Under the pieces are notes generated by a model that was not told the origin of the DNA, ran no database searches, and saw only the letters and a list, made by a program, of their open reading frames with translations. This document shows positions 42,198 to 59,751 of a DNA stretch of 64,000 nt, piece after piece (the first letter of the stretch is position 1; every line of letters begins with the position of its first letter). A program made the translations under genes and the position numbers. The DNA is from Eledone cirrhosa (taxonomy: Eukaryota), in contig OZ024742.1 in assembly GCA_964016885.1 (NCBI GenBank), positions 178,932,001-178,996,000 on the forward strand, read 5' to 3'.

Positions 42198-42784
42198 ATA
42201 TATATATATAGCTAGCATGGCTTAGTGTTCAGTGTCTACAGCTCTTGATCATATGGTTGTGAGATTCATTCTCCCCGGCGTGTGGTGTTCTTCATCAAGG
42301 CACTTTCTTACACATTGTACCGGTCAACACCTCTAGTAAAGTTCTCCCCACACACAAGAAACAAATATATATATTAAAAATATGTAACATCTGCGTTCAC
42401 AAATATATATAAATTAATTAGCTGCCCTTTCCCCTAATATCAGAAAATAACTCTGATCACGACACCAGAACTTTTATATATATATTTTATTGTATATTTC
42501 ATTATATATTATCAAAGATTTTCTTTCTGATAACAATCTTTGTTTCTAGTATTCCCTCCTATCTCCTTGTTTCTAAGATATATTTCTTTTTATATTCCCT
42601 ATCATTAGCTTTCATTTCTTTTCACACTTAAATAGCTTCAGTATAGAATATTTCTAGAGCCCTCATTAAATAGAATGTTAACGGCCGCATGTATTTACCA
42701 CACTATTCATATCTATGTCTATGGGTATGTATACTTCTATATATATGTGTGTGTATATAATATATATATATATATATATATATT

Positions 42785-42943
<159 letters not shown>

Positions 42944-43317
42944 CTGTGTCTGTGTGTGTGTAAATATATATATATATGTGTGTGTGTGTGTAAATATATA
43001 TATATATATATAATAAATATACTTAACAAAAGAAGAGGATGGGAGGCGCGTGTATCACAGGTGAAATTACAATATTGGCAAGAAGTAGAAATTCCAAGGT
43101 CATCAGCCGTCGAAATAGAAGTACAGTGTTTCGACACATGGCAACGGTACTGCTCGGTCGGCGAAGATGTGTGCCTACATATGGACGGGCGATAACAATG
43201 GAGTTATGTACTAGTTGCTTATATTGTACGTATTTATATATATATTTAAAAACAACATTATAATCACACACAGACATATATATATTTACATATATTTATA
43301 TATACACATGCACACAT

Positions 43318-43372
<55 letters not shown>

Positions 43373-43410
43373 CATAGATATTTGTGTTTGTGCGTGTATA
43401 TGCGTATATG

Positions 43411-43444
<34 letters not shown>

Positions 43445-43964
43445 TATATACATACAGACACACACACAAACAAACACACACACAAACACACACGCACATA
43501 CACAGACACACACACACATATATATATGTGTGAGTGTGTGTGTGTGTAAATGTTCTTCTATGTATGTTTAGGTGTGTGTTCGTATGTTTTAATTGCTGGA
43601 CCTACTTCGTGTATATATATTTACTGAGCTTTGTCTGTAAAAGATAGGAAATTTGTATCCGTCTTATTTATTATATATTTTAAAACTATGGAAAACTATG
43701 AATTTTATATCGAAGAAATACATGACTATGAAATATACCTTCGAAATATATACATGTGAAATATATGAATATGTATAATATGTAATGGTAGTGGTGCCAA
43801 AGTGACATACGGTGAATCTTGGACATTTTAAAACCTAGCTGAGCTCATCACCTCTCCAGGCCCCAACACAGCCTATGTCTTCCAGTGTATGGCGGAGAGT
43901 GATACAGGAAGTTAGAAAGAGATCTAGAAGAAGAATCAACTTCAGTAATGGACTGCCCCACCGA

Positions 43965-44350
43965 GGTCAAATTTGCCTTTCATCCTTACGGGGTCGATAA
44001 AATAAAGTACCAGTAATGTACTGGGAAATTGCTGGCCTTGTGCCAAAAGTAGAAACAATTATTTTATAGCAGTATCGGTAGAGGGTCGGATGCCATGCTT
44101 TGACGCATTGAGTTACGGCCCTTTATGGTCTGAGTTCAAATTCCGCCGGGGTTAACTTTGCCTTTCATCCTTACAGGGTCGATAAAATAAAGTACCAGTA
44201 ATGTACTGGGTTTTTGCTGGCCTTGTGTCAAAAGTAGAAACAATTATTTTATAGATCTCGAAAGGATGAAAGGCAAAGTTGGGATTTAAACTCAGGGCAC
44301 AGAAAAACGGAATGAATACCACAAAACATTCTATCCCAAGTTCTATCCAA
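43965..44350 (+). mobile_element. Tandem SINE copies (partial plus full) inserted into an older, oppositely oriented SINE
   Basis: Two ...gtagaaacaattattttatag ends at ~44069 and ~44254, followed by aggatgaaaggcaaagtt in the opposite orientation. Confidence 0.85.
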
Positions 44351-44587
44351 CTTTATTGAATATATTACTTTTACTATTATTTTTGCTGCGGCCATGCGGG
44401 GGCAGCGAATTTATTTAGTCCTTCTTAAGACCCAATACACTTTTTGTGCAAATCTACTTTTTTCGAGGCGCTAGGTTATAGGGCATAAAGTCTGATATCG
44501 ACGAGCACACACACATACACGCAGACACACATACACACAGACATACACACAGACACGCACACAGACACACACACAGACAAACACACA

Positions 44588-44637
<50 letters not shown>

Positions 44638-44644
44638 GTATATA

Positions 44645-44737
<93 letters not shown>

Positions 44738-44744
44738 GTATATA

Positions 44745-44793
<49 letters not shown>

Positions 44794-44825
44794 GTATATA
44801 TATATGTGTATATATATATATATAT

Positions 44826-45025
44826 CGCACCGTTTCCTTTCGCTATATGTCTCTCCACCACTCCCCTACACACCTTTTGAACTCTGTTCCCACACACTTC
44901 TCACCTGAAGAAGGGCTTATGCCCGAAACGTCGTCCCCCACCTACCCCCCACTCTCCTGAGCGTGAAATTAATAAACATTTATTGTACTGCCTCTCTGTT
45001 TTGTCCCTGTTCAAATTTTTCCATT
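44826..45025 (+). mobile_element. Family D insert with a hammerhead core at 44902-44934
   Basis: cacCTGAAGAaGGGCttatGCCCGAAACGTC. Confidence 0.8.
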
Positions 45026-45387
45026 ATATATATATATATATACATATACAGAGTCCAGAAATAGCCATATGGTTTCAAAGCAAATTTCTGACCCACACAA
45101 CCATGCCTGTGTATAATACTAAAAAATATGCAATTTTGGAACATATATGTATAATTATTAATAAATGTCTAGGGATGTGTATGCGCATATACATACATTT
45201 CTACATGAATAAATGTATGTTTGTTTGAATATGTAGTTTTATAATTATATATATCGTACTATTTCCATAACGAATTTTCAATAACGCCCGTGTATAGGAA
45301 ATAAGTATTATTAAACATATATAATCCTATATATATATATATATACGTATATATATATGTGTGTATGTGTGTGGATATATATAAATG

Positions 45388-45426
<39 letters not shown>

Positions 45427-45557
45427 GTTCGGTCGTCAAGTATGAAATTTGTGCAGATTTGTAAAATATATATATATATATATATATATACATATGTGTA
45501 TATGTATGTATATGTATGTATACATATGTGTATATGTATGCATATGAATGTATATGT

Positions 45558-45636
<79 letters not shown>

Positions 45637-45699
45637 TTATATATATATACATACTTATATATATATACATACATATACACACATATATATATATATACA

Positions 45700-45783
<84 letters not shown>

Positions 45784-45784
45784 C

Positions 45785-45843
<59 letters not shown>

Positions 45844-46316
45844 CACACACACACATGTGTAGTTGTATAAGTGTGTGTGGATGTGTTTGTGTATGTGTCT
45901 GCAATTCATAGAAGCCAATGTACATTTATAAACGAGTTAATATCAGATTTTGTATTTATCTTTCAGAGATCATTTAGACTTACACCTCAACACACACACA
46001 CACACACACACACACAATCACACACACACACACACAAATATGTGTATATATATATACACATTGAGTCACGTGTACACAATAGTTACACATACAAAACACA
46101 TGTCTTTCAAAAACCAATTACTTACAGGCTAGGTTTTATGTAGAAAATGTAAATTTTGCAAATGAAATTAATAACGTAATTATAATAATCAGTTTTAATA
46201 GTGTGTACAGTATATTTATGAAATTCTTGATACAATGATTGTTAAGTACATACAGAGTAGGGTGTTGTTAAAAGTGCATACTCACACACACACGCACACA
46301 TATATATATACATACA

Positions 46317-46348
<32 letters not shown>

Positions 46349-46382
46349 CATATATATACACACACACATATATATATATATA

Positions 46383-46573
<191 letters not shown>

Positions 46574-46692
46574 ATCAAAAGATGGTTAAAGGAGTTCCAT
46601 GTATTTTATTATGCGCATTTCAAAAACTGTAGAGTGCTTCTTATCCGATATCTGCATTGCTTTATTGTACTACAATAAAACTCACCTCCTAC

Positions 46693-46745
<53 letters not shown>

Positions 46746-47000
46746 GATAACAAATTATCGTTATAGGTAATCCAGTTAGAGGTTGTAAATACTCCGTATT
46801 GTGGATAGTTTTAGCGTACGGCGTTGTTTGACTCAACAAGAGGTTTCCTGAGGTGGCGAGTTTATGAGTTCTCGGGAATCCCTATGTAAGTTAATCTTGG
46901 AGTAATAATAGTGAAAGAGTGAAGAATAACATGGTCAACAGTACAAGAAGGGTTTTATTACAGTATTAACAATTGTTTCATTGATTATATATACATACAC

Positions 47001-47043
<43 letters not shown>

Positions 47044-47149
47044 AATATGATAATAATGGAGCTGCGGCGTTGCAAATGGGTTACATATAAAAAAGTGAGT
47101 CCTTCATCAGTGACCCTCCAACCGTCCTAGGCATTTCATCGCTTTAAGG

Positions 47150-47253
<104 letters not shown>

Positions 47254-47267
47254 TATATATATATATT

Positions 47268-47306
<39 letters not shown>

Positions 47307-47354
47307 ATATTTATATATAGTGTATATAAATATTTTCATATCATTCTAATACAA

Positions 47355-47471
47355 AGGTCTGATGACATGGTGTGTTGGCTTACAGTGTACTTTCGGTTTT
47401 TGATAATATTTGTGTATTATTCAAATAGCGAGGTGTAGGTAACTCATACACTATAGAAACAATTGTTACCT
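47355..47471 (+). ncRNA. Type I hammerhead ribozyme with a long loop 2
   Basis: AGGT-CTGATGA-cATGGTGTG...(~70 nt)...TACACTATa-GAA-ACAATTGT-T^-ACCT. Confidence 0.72.
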
Positions 47472-47621
47472 AATAAATTCTATATACCCGCATTTCCATT
47501 TCGTAAATGTTTTCTCCATATTTTCTCCGGATTTTAAAACACACTTTATTATACGTTGAGCAATCTCTGACGTCAGTTGACTCCATCCAATGCAACTACT
47601 TAGTAACATTGGAATACAAAT

Positions 47622-47698
<77 letters not shown>

Positions 47699-47700
47699 AA

Positions 47701-47802
<102 letters not shown>

Positions 47803-48117
47803 GTTACAACAATATATATATATATATATATATATCGTTGTAACATGTCTTTGTATCGTCCGCCCCAAATGATACCATTGTGACATCGATAAAATAAATC
47901 AACAGTAAGTACTAGGGTCGATTTAATCGACTCCCCCCCCCCTTCCCACTAAAATTGCTGACTTTGTGCCTAAAAGTAGAAACAATTATTACAATTTTTA
48001 AGCTTGACAGAGTAGCTAATTATTTCCGACTAATTATCGGTTACTTGGACAGTGGAAACAAGAATATGAGAGAGTTATTCTCTGTCTGACAAATCGATCA
48101 TACCTCAAGCAAACATG

Positions 48118-48184
<67 letters not shown>

Positions 48185-48366
48185 GTAATAATAATAAATG
48201 TAAAGACTAAAATCCGAAGAGAGCTCGATAAGGATTATATATATAACATATATTTAAAAACCGTAGAGCAAATATTTCTTAAAATAACAGATTAAAGTTT
48301 AAGCAAAGAATCGGTTCTTTTAACCTTAACGGGGTCTTATAAATATATATATCTTATATATCTTAA

Positions 48367-48420
<54 letters not shown>

Positions 48421-48456
48421 GTATATATATATATATTTTTAAATATATATATATAG

Positions 48457-48580
48457 TGAAAAATTGAACCGGAAGAAAACAGAGAGCCAGTACAAACAAA
48501 GGTTTATTAGTTTCACGCTCTTGAGAGTGAGGTGGTGGTGGGGAACGACGTTTCGGGCATAAGCCCTTCTTCAGGCGAAA
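48457..48580 (-). mobile_element. Family D insert with a hammerhead core at 48545-48577
   Basis: gacgtttcgggcataagcccttcttcagg is the reverse complement of the family D core. Confidence 0.8.
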
Positions 48581-48975
48581 TATATATATATATATATATA
48601 TATATGAATAAAATTAGTCCTTCATCAGTGATCTTCCAACCTTCATTGGTATTTCATCGCTTGATAACTAATTTTATTCATATGTAACCCATGTGCAACC
48701 ACGCAGCACTCCATTTTTCTCATATATATATATATATATTTATTTATTTATAGTATATATATTATACACCCCCCACCCACACACACATATATATATATGT
48801 ACCCAAGGTAAAACTCTCTATAACGCAGTTATGCATTAGAACTCATACCGTAGCTAAGTACTGTTATGTTTGCCAGAGGTATGATCGATTTTTCAGCCAG
48901 AGAATAACTCCCTTATATTCTTGTTTCCCTGTCCAAGGAACCGATAATTAGTTGGGAATAATATATATATGTATA

Positions 48976-49079
<104 letters not shown>

Positions 49080-50062
49080 TGAGAATAAAGTAACAAAGAA
49101 TCAGTGTTGCATCATAACATATTTAATAACATATGTTTCACAGTCGAAGTCGATCAGCTCGAAGAACAATCTATTATTGATCGAACCTGACTCTGGAATC
49201 GAAAGATCCTCAGATATGCCTCAGTATGTAAGCTCGTCTCTGATTTTGTGCACAAAATCTGAATGGAAAACAGGATGAATATTGCCGTATATGGGACACG
49301 AACCCACATCTTTCGCTAGCTGTTTGTAAACAAAGCCTGTTTATGTCTCCCCTATTTATATATATATACCTGCTATGGTTATTTAACTTCTAATTGAATG
49401 GAAGGAAGCATGGGTGACGTGTTGAGGGTAATGGTAACACATTAGTCCAGCAAACCAAAGATGTGGGTTCCCATGTACACCAATAATCATCCTTTTTTCC
49501 AATTAACAGACTAATCCCAACTAACAGACTAATTCTATTTAAACAAATACGGCATAAGCACATATTACTACCTAATTTTCAAATTCGCTAGCGGTTTGTA
49601 AACAAAGCCTACTTTGTGTCTCCCTATACATATATATGTATGTACATTTAATAGTAAGTAACTTTCAAGAGAGCTGGAGGGCACAAGTTTTCTGAGAAAG
49701 AACCTTCCACCACCAAGCAACTTCTTACACGCAAAGGGGATTCGGGACGACATTTAGCCATTCGGATATCGGAGATATGTTGTGTATTTAAACTGTAAAG
49801 AGATTTTGTATATATATATATTAAGTAATATTTAATAGCATTACCTAATTTCTATTCACGCCAGTTCCATGTGGACGGTCACCAGCAGACGGAGTAGCAG
49901 AAACCTATGCATTAAACCAGGCCCAAATTCTCTCCCACACGAAATCGTCCTTCTCACTATTAACGTAGTGTGCACATTGCTTTCCTTTACGGTGGTGTCT
50001 TAATGATATTGGCTTAATTAACGAATTGAGTGAGTTGGAAGATGATCGAAGATACATCGGTC

Positions 50063-50173
<111 letters not shown>

Positions 50174-50285
50174 CACTCTCAAGAGCGTGAAACTAATAAA
50201 CCTTTGTTCGTACTGCCTCTCTGTTTTGTTCCCGCTCCATTTTTCACTGTATATATATGTATGTGTATATATATAAGTATATATA

Positions 50286-50330
<45 letters not shown>

Positions 50331-50332
<2 letters not shown>

Positions 50333-50515
50333 CGAAGGAAATGTGGTAAGAACCAGGTGGACCATAACGCACCAAAGTACTCAATACTTGAGGTAGTAGA
50401 GTGGGTAATTGAACCAGTAAGACCCCGACAGCTGAGCTCAAGCCGTTTCGACGGCTAATTCTCAATTAGCCGTCGAAACGGCTTGAGCTCAGCTGTCGGG
50501 GTCTTACTGGTTCCT
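50331..50515 (-). mobile_element. Family A fold-back insert
   Basis: Shares diagnostic variants (gacagctg, cctcaag) with the 20343 copy. Confidence 0.92.
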
Positions 50516-50681
50516 ATATATATATATATATATATGGTAAATGAAATAATTATCTTATGTTGTTTATTACATAACTATTAAGCTCTGTAACATATGTATA
50601 TATATATATATATATGTATAGTATATACTATATATATATATATATACATAGAGCCACACAGCCACCCCCCCCCCCCCCCCC

Positions 50682-50727
<46 letters not shown>

Positions 50728-50728
50728 C

Positions 50729-50785
50729 TCTGTCTGATAAACGATCTAGACGTATGTTAATAGTCCTGAAACCTTTGGTAATGGA
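50729..50785 (+). ncRNA. Degenerate hammerhead ribozyme (core G8>A)
   Basis: TCTGT-CTGATAA-...-GAA-ACCtttGGT-A^-ATGGA. Confidence 0.45.
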
Positions 50786-50835
50786 TTAGTTATATATTAT
50801 GTTGTTGACTTTCTAATAATAATAATAATAATAAT

Positions 50836-50904
<69 letters not shown>

Positions 50905-51090
50905 AATGTATATATATATGTATATATATACATATTATATATATAAATATATATATGCAACTATACATATATTTGCATATATATACATATATATATGCAT
51001 ATATTAATATATATATACACACACACACACATATATGTATATATATCTATATATATTAGAAATATACATATATATGTATATATATTTAAA

Positions 51091-51186
<96 letters not shown>

Positions 51187-51254
51187 AATATATATACATA
51201 TATTTAAATATATATACATATATTTAAATATATATACATATATATGCATATTTC

Positions 51255-51296
<42 letters not shown>

Positions 51297-51682
51297 AAAT
51301 TAAGTTAAATTAAGGGTGTCATGTCAGATAGACATGCGCCATATCACCCGTCATATATGCTCCAAGATTCGAATGAATAGATCCGAGCATTTTATATCAA
51401 CCAGAAATTGATTGCTATGTGTGCTTACACACTTTTACAAATTATCCCCTGCGGTTGTTTCATATGTTTATTTTAGATATATTTATATGTCAATCAATCT
51501 CTAGTTGATATAAATATATATATATATATGAAAAAGTTTGTCCTTCATCAGTGGCCTTCCAACCGTCGTAGGCATTTCGTCGCTTTAAAGGCCATATACC
51601 TGAAGTATATGGCCTTTAAAGCGATGAAGGACAAACTTTTTCATATGTAACCCATTTGCAACGCCGCAGCTCCATTATTATC

Positions 51683-51718
<36 letters not shown>

Positions 51719-51898
51719 GTGTGTGTGTGAGCCCCAAGTCTAATTAGGAGTAACCACAGTAAGCAGTAAGGTACAGGATCCATTAGTAGATTGTAAACAT
51801 CCTGTTTAATATACGAATGGTCACTACAGGCCTAGAACTTTTTCATTCAAAAGGAATCATCGAGAAAGCCTGTGATTTATATATATATACATATATAA

Positions 51899-51991
<93 letters not shown>

Positions 51992-52016
51992 ATATATATA
52001 TACATACAATATATAT

Positions 52017-52049
<33 letters not shown>

Positions 52050-52154
52050 AATATAGTTTCCATTTGTTAATATATTGTATATATATATATATATATATAT
52101 ATACAATATATTAACAAATGGAAACTATATTTATAAAACTAATCTATATTATGT

Positions 52155-52217
52155 GTTATCTGATGAAAGCGCACCATAATGTGCTTTGGTGGCCCGTGAA
52201 ATATGTATAATGAAATA
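52155..52217 (+). ncRNA. Diverged family G hammerhead ribozyme
   Basis: CTGATGA (52160-52166) aagcgCACCA..TGGTG gcccgt GAAATATGTATA. Confidence 0.55.
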
Positions 52218-52346
52218 AATATGGTTTTATAAATATAGTTTCCATTTGTTAATATATTGTATATTTACTCCAATAATTTGTGAGTGCTTTATATCAGTTA
52301 TAAAAATATTGTGCTTGTTGTATCCCAACAAATTAAATATAAACTC

Positions 52347-52455
<109 letters not shown>

Positions 52456-52546
52456 GTAAATATATATATACATACAAATATATGTATATATATATAGACA
52501 TTTATATATATATGTATAATATATATATACAAAAATAATTTATATA

Positions 52547-52587
<41 letters not shown>

Positions 52588-52604
52588 CTTTTTATGTATT
52601 ATAT

Positions 52605-52682
<78 letters not shown>

Positions 52683-52757
52683 CATATATATAATATATAC
52701 ATATATATATTAATTATTTATGTATATATATATATTTATATATATATATAAATAATT

Positions 52758-52789
<32 letters not shown>

Positions 52790-52827
52790 ATATATAATAC
52801 ATAAAAAGATACATATATATATACATG

Positions 52828-52884
<57 letters not shown>

Positions 52885-52989
52885 TATATATATATGTTTA
52901 TAAATTTATATATATGTACATACATATATAAATATATATATACATGTATATATATATACATATATATATATATATTATATATATATACA

Positions 52990-53199
<210 letters not shown>

Positions 53200-53276
53200 A
53201 TATATATGCGAGCTATATAAATATATGTTTTACCGGCTTGTAACTCTTTCATTTATTCATTATTTTGCTCATTGGA

Positions 53277-53455
53277 TTGGCAGTATCGGTAGAGGGTCGG
53301 ACGCCATGCTTTCCAGCATAGTTACGTCCCTTTACGATCTGAGTTCAAATCCCGCCGAGGTTGACTTTGCCTTCATCCTTACAGGGTCGATAAAATAAAG
53401 TAAGAGTAATGCACTGGGTAATTGCTGGCCTTGTGCCTAAAGTAGAAACAATTAT
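53277..53455 (+). mobile_element. tRNA-derived SINE, full length
   Basis: A and B boxes; family match. Confidence 0.92.
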
Positions 53456-53626
53456 TTTGCTCATTCCAGCTCTGCCTAATCCTTACACTAGATATTAACT
53501 TTCTCTAATATTTAACCCTTATAACCCAAGGTAAAGCACACTACGCATCTGCTTTTGGCATGTAGTATCCCGTATCGCATCTCTTTATATCTTTCCTCTG
53601 TATCCTCCCTTACGATACAATAACCC

Positions 53627-53710
<84 letters not shown>

Positions 53711-53767
53711 TTATATATATCACATATATATATGGATATTATATATATTTATATATATTAATTTATA

Positions 53768-53803
<36 letters not shown>

Positions 53804-53999
53804 TATATTAATATATAAATTCATATACATATATTTGTATATATATATATATTTATATATACATATATATATGTTTATATATATATATATATTTATACAT
53901 AAATTTATATATATGTGTATATGTGTATATATATATATAAACATATATATATGTATATATAAATATATATATATACATACGTATATGTATATAAATATA

Positions 54000-54057
<58 letters not shown>

Positions 54058-54138
54058 TATATTTATATACATATACGTATGTATATATATATATTTATAT
54101 ATACATATACATATATATATATACATATATATATATAC

Positions 54139-54211
<73 letters not shown>

Positions 54212-54298
54212 TATATATATTATATATTCATATATTTATATACATATACGTATGTATATATTATATATTTATATATACATATACATATATATATATAC

Positions 54299-54409
<111 letters not shown>

Positions 54410-54731
54410 CATTTATATATATCACATATATATATATGGATATATATATATTTATATATATTATTTTATATGCATATATATATATATATATATATATTAA
54501 TATATTAATATATAAATTCATATACATATATTTATGTAAATATATATATATATTTATATACATATATTTGTATATATATATATATTTATATATACATATA
54601 TATATGTTTATATATATATATATTTATACATAAATTTATATATATGTGTATATGTGTATATATATATATAAAACATATATATATGTATATATAAATATAT
54701 ATATATACATACGTATATGTATATAAATATA

Positions 54732-55203
<472 letters not shown>

Positions 55204-55310
55204 ATATATACATTTATATATATACATATATTTACATACATATATATATATATATATGTATATCACATATGCAACAACACAGCACGCCATTTTTCATTCC
55301 TATACATATA

Positions 55311-55419
<109 letters not shown>

Positions 55420-55459
55420 ATATTAAAATAAATGGAAACTATATTTATAAAACCATACT

Positions 55460-55520
55460 TATTCTATTATATATATTTCAAGGGTACAAAAACTTTGGTA
55501 CGCTTTCATCAGATAAAATA
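55460..55520 (-). ncRNA. Minimal type I hammerhead ribozyme (family G)
   Basis: TATTTTAT-CTGATGA-AAGcGTACcAAA gt TTTtGTACcCTT-GAA-ATATATAT-A^-ATAGAATA. Confidence 0.85.
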
Positions 55521-55708
55521 CAAAGTGTATTTCATAAATTTTGACATAGCCAAGGAACATACCTTATCAGTTGAATTTTCCTTGGATAAATATACTTTCC
55601 CATTTATTTAATATCATTGAATATTTACTCCAAAACTGTCGAGTGCTCTGAATCAGTTATAAACATTTTATATTTGTTGAATTACCAAGAAACTAAATAT
55701 CCATTCTG

Positions 55709-55771
<63 letters not shown>

Positions 55772-56002
55772 TAGTGCGTGTGTGTGTGAGTGTATGTATG
55801 TATGTATATATATCCGACAGCCGATTGACTCCAGAAAACAATGTTTCCATTAGTTTTTCCAATTGCTAATACTATCAATCGGTCGCAACTCCATGTAGGG
55901 GCAACGAGAAATAAAGTGTCTTATATATATATATATACATATATATATATAGTTATGTATATATACTAATATATGTGTGTATATTTGTATATGTATGTCT
56001 GA

Positions 56003-56050
<48 letters not shown>

Positions 56051-56057
<7 letters not shown>

Positions 56058-56389
56058 CAAGAAAACGAAAAATCAGTGATGCATCTGGACTTAGTTTATT
56101 TCGTGTTACAAATGTTTCGCCGGCATGTAGCTCGAGTCATGGTCCTTGTATGGATCTGGCTGATTCTACTTCTGCGGCTTCTTTCAGACACGTCTGTTAT
56201 GTCCGGAGCAAATTTTATCAGATAAAATTTGCTCCGGACATAATACCCGTGTCTGAAAGAAGCCGCAGAAGTAGAATCAGCCAGATCCATACAAGGACCA
56301 TGACTCGAGCTACATGCCGGCGAAACATTTGTAACACGAAATAAACTAAGTCCAGATGCATCACTGATTTTTCGTTGTCTTGATAATAT
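56051..56389. mobile_element. Near-perfect 339-bp palindrome (169-bp arms, centre 56220) with a short tail to ~56460, in (TA)n
   Basis: Direct reading; a few mismatches near 56193/56245. Confidence 0.95.
56248..56338 (+). ncRNA. Atypical type I hammerhead ribozyme (mirror on the minus strand at 56102-56192)
   Basis: CGTGT-CTGAAAGA-aGCCG...(52 nt)...CGGC-GAA-ACatttGT-A^-ACACG. Confidence 0.75.
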
Positions 56390-56593
56390 CTACTCTGAAT
56401 AATATCGAGTGCTTATTTTGGCATACCGCCTACGGAAGCACCATAGCTACCACTATACACAAATATATATAATGTATACATATATATGTTTGTGTGTATA
56501 TATATGTGTGTGTGTAGATACATATATGTGTGTCTATATATATGTATGTGTGTGTGTATATATATACATGTATATTTATATATGCATATGTGT

Positions 56594-56646
<53 letters not shown>

Positions 56647-56666
56647 AATATATATATATTTTCATA

Positions 56667-56756
<90 letters not shown>

Positions 56757-56978
56757 CGTCCACGTACATATAAAGCGAGAGAGAGAGAGATTTGGCACGT
56801 AAATTCGTGTAGAGCACCTTGTTTTCATTTTCGACAAAATTAAAATCTAATTGATGTTACAATTATGAAATTATGCATTCTGTCGGATTAAAGAAAAAAT
56901 AATCTTTAAATAATACACCTTGGTCTTTTTCATTTTTATTTTTATTTGTAAGGAATTTTAAGTATTTCTTCAATTATA

Positions 56979-57088
<110 letters not shown>

Positions 57089-57213
57089 TTAGACATACAC
57101 ATACATACATACATAGATATACCTGTAGTTACGACCGATAGACAGTATTGGCAATTGGAAAGGCCAACGGAAACATTGTTTCCTCGGCCCGATTTGACGA
57201 AAGTCGAATGACA

Positions 57214-57270
<57 letters not shown>

Positions 57271-57271
<1 letters not shown>

Positions 57272-57472
57272 CGAAGGAAATGTGGTAAGGAACCAGATGA
57301 ACCCTAACACACCATAGTACTCAATACTTAGGGTAGTAGAGTGGGTAATAGGAACAAGTAGGACCCCGACGGCCGAGCTCAAGCCATTTCGACGGCTAAT
57401 TCTGGACTCCAGGATTAGTCCACAATTAGCGGTCGGAATGGCTGGAGCTCAGCCGTCGGGGTCCTACTTGTT

Positions 57473-57475
<3 letters not shown>
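57271..57475 (-). mobile_element. Family A fold-back insert (older, diverged)
   Basis: Consensus match with several substitutions. Confidence 0.9.
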
Positions 57476-57525
<50 letters not shown>

Positions 57526-58048
57526 TTATAACTAGTATTAAACTAGTTTTACATCAATATAAATAAATAATAAATAAATAGATATTACAACAACAGCTAT
57601 AGCAACAACTATACCAATAATTACTAGACATTAAAAAAATTTCTGCACTGTATTTTTCTGAAATATAACCTGAAATTTATCGTCTGGTCTTCAACCTTAG
57701 TTGTAAAGCTGAGGCACATATGGAGAAAACGACTAGTATACATAAACCCCTCGCACACCAGGTCAATGCGTAAACAAATTGAGGGAATGTACCCGAATGT
57801 GGCGCCGTCAATCACTAACGTTTCACTGAAACTTTATATATATATGCATATAATTTATATATATATAGTAAGAATATTTTTCGAAACAGCGAGCGGGTTT
57901 GAAATTATTATAAATGTAAGCTATCGCCGTATTTTGTACATGTACGTAAATACTCATCTTTTTCCATTTCTCCGAGGGTTCTTAACCCCACTATCAGGCT
58001 AAATAATTTCTTGAATTTCTTTAGTCAAAATACGGTGATAGATTACAT

Positions 58049-58120
<72 letters not shown>

Positions 58121-58253
58121 ACACATACACGCTCATATGTATATATATATATATGTGCGTGTGTATGTGTGTGTGTGTGTGTGTATATATATAAAACATA
58201 TATATAGTATATATATTATATATATAAAATATATATATGATAATATAATATAA

Positions 58254-58306
<53 letters not shown>

Positions 58307-58486
58307 TAAAAGGAAAAGATAATGCTAACAAATTGTTCCCAGTGAAAAATAGTTTAATTAGGAATAAGTAAAAATTAGTAATAGTATTGGTTAGTATTCA
58401 GTTTTGGTTTTAAAATAATTTTGAGATAGAGCGTCCGTGATGTTTGCTCTAATCTGTATATATATATATATATATATATGTGTGTT

Positions 58487-58520
<34 letters not shown>

Positions 58521-58596
58521 GATATATAATATATATTATACATATATAATATATATAATATAATATTCATAATACATATATAATATATATAATATG

Positions 58597-58755
<159 letters not shown>

Positions 58756-59117
58756 ATACATTTAAAATACATACATAATATAGAATATATAATTATATAT
58801 ATATTATATATATATGTTATATATATGTATTATATATATTATATATTATTTATATATTATATATAATATATATATAATAATATAATATTTATATATAATA
58901 CATATATAATATATAAAATATATATAAAATATATATAATATAAACATATAATATATCTATATAATATATATATTATATATATTATATATATCTAATATAT
59001 ATAATGTATCATATATATATAGGAATGTATCTTACATTGCCCATTGAGTACGCTGAGATACAACCGGTCCTGGCATTAATAAATATGCTGGGTCCGTCAA
59101 CTCCTTATTATATATAT

Positions 59118-59289
59118 GGAAGTATTGGTAGAGGGTCGGACGCCATGCTTTGACGCATAGAGTTACGGCCCTTGCCATTCTGAGTTCAAATCCCGCCGAG
59201 GTTAACTTTGCCTTTCATCCTTCCGGGGTTGATAAAATAAAGTACCAGTAACGCTGGAAATTGCTGGCCTTGTGCCAACAAGTAGAAAC

Positions 59290-59293
<4 letters not shown>
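59118..59293 (+). mobile_element. tRNA-derived SINE, full length
   Basis: Family match. Confidence 0.9.
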
Positions 59294-59331
<38 letters not shown>

Positions 59332-59361
59332 AGATCAAAAGATGGTTAAAGGAGTTCCATG

Positions 59362-59431
59362 TATTTTATTATGCGCATTTCAAAAACAAACATCATCATG
59401 CAATAATATTTGTGTTTTCATCAGATAAAAC
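59362..59431 (-). ncRNA. Minimal type I hammerhead ribozyme (family F, within 59328-59597)
   Basis: TTTTAT-CTGATGA-AAAcACAAATATTATTG...GATGATGTTTGTTTTT-GAA-ATGCGCAT-A^-ATAAAA. Confidence 0.85.
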
Positions 59432-59594
59432 AGGAGGACATGATATGAAGGCTAAAAAACACTTGTGGATAGTGCAGTTTTAAATCAACATATTTTGATC
59501 TTATATATTATGTATACTCCAGTCCTACAAACTGTAGAGTGCTTCTTATCCGATATCTGCATTGCTTTATTGTACTACAATAAAACTCACCTCC

Positions 59595-59628
<34 letters not shown>

Positions 59629-59632
59629 CATA

Positions 59633-59674
<42 letters not shown>

Positions 59675-59678
59675 CATA

Positions 59679-59751
<73 letters not shown>

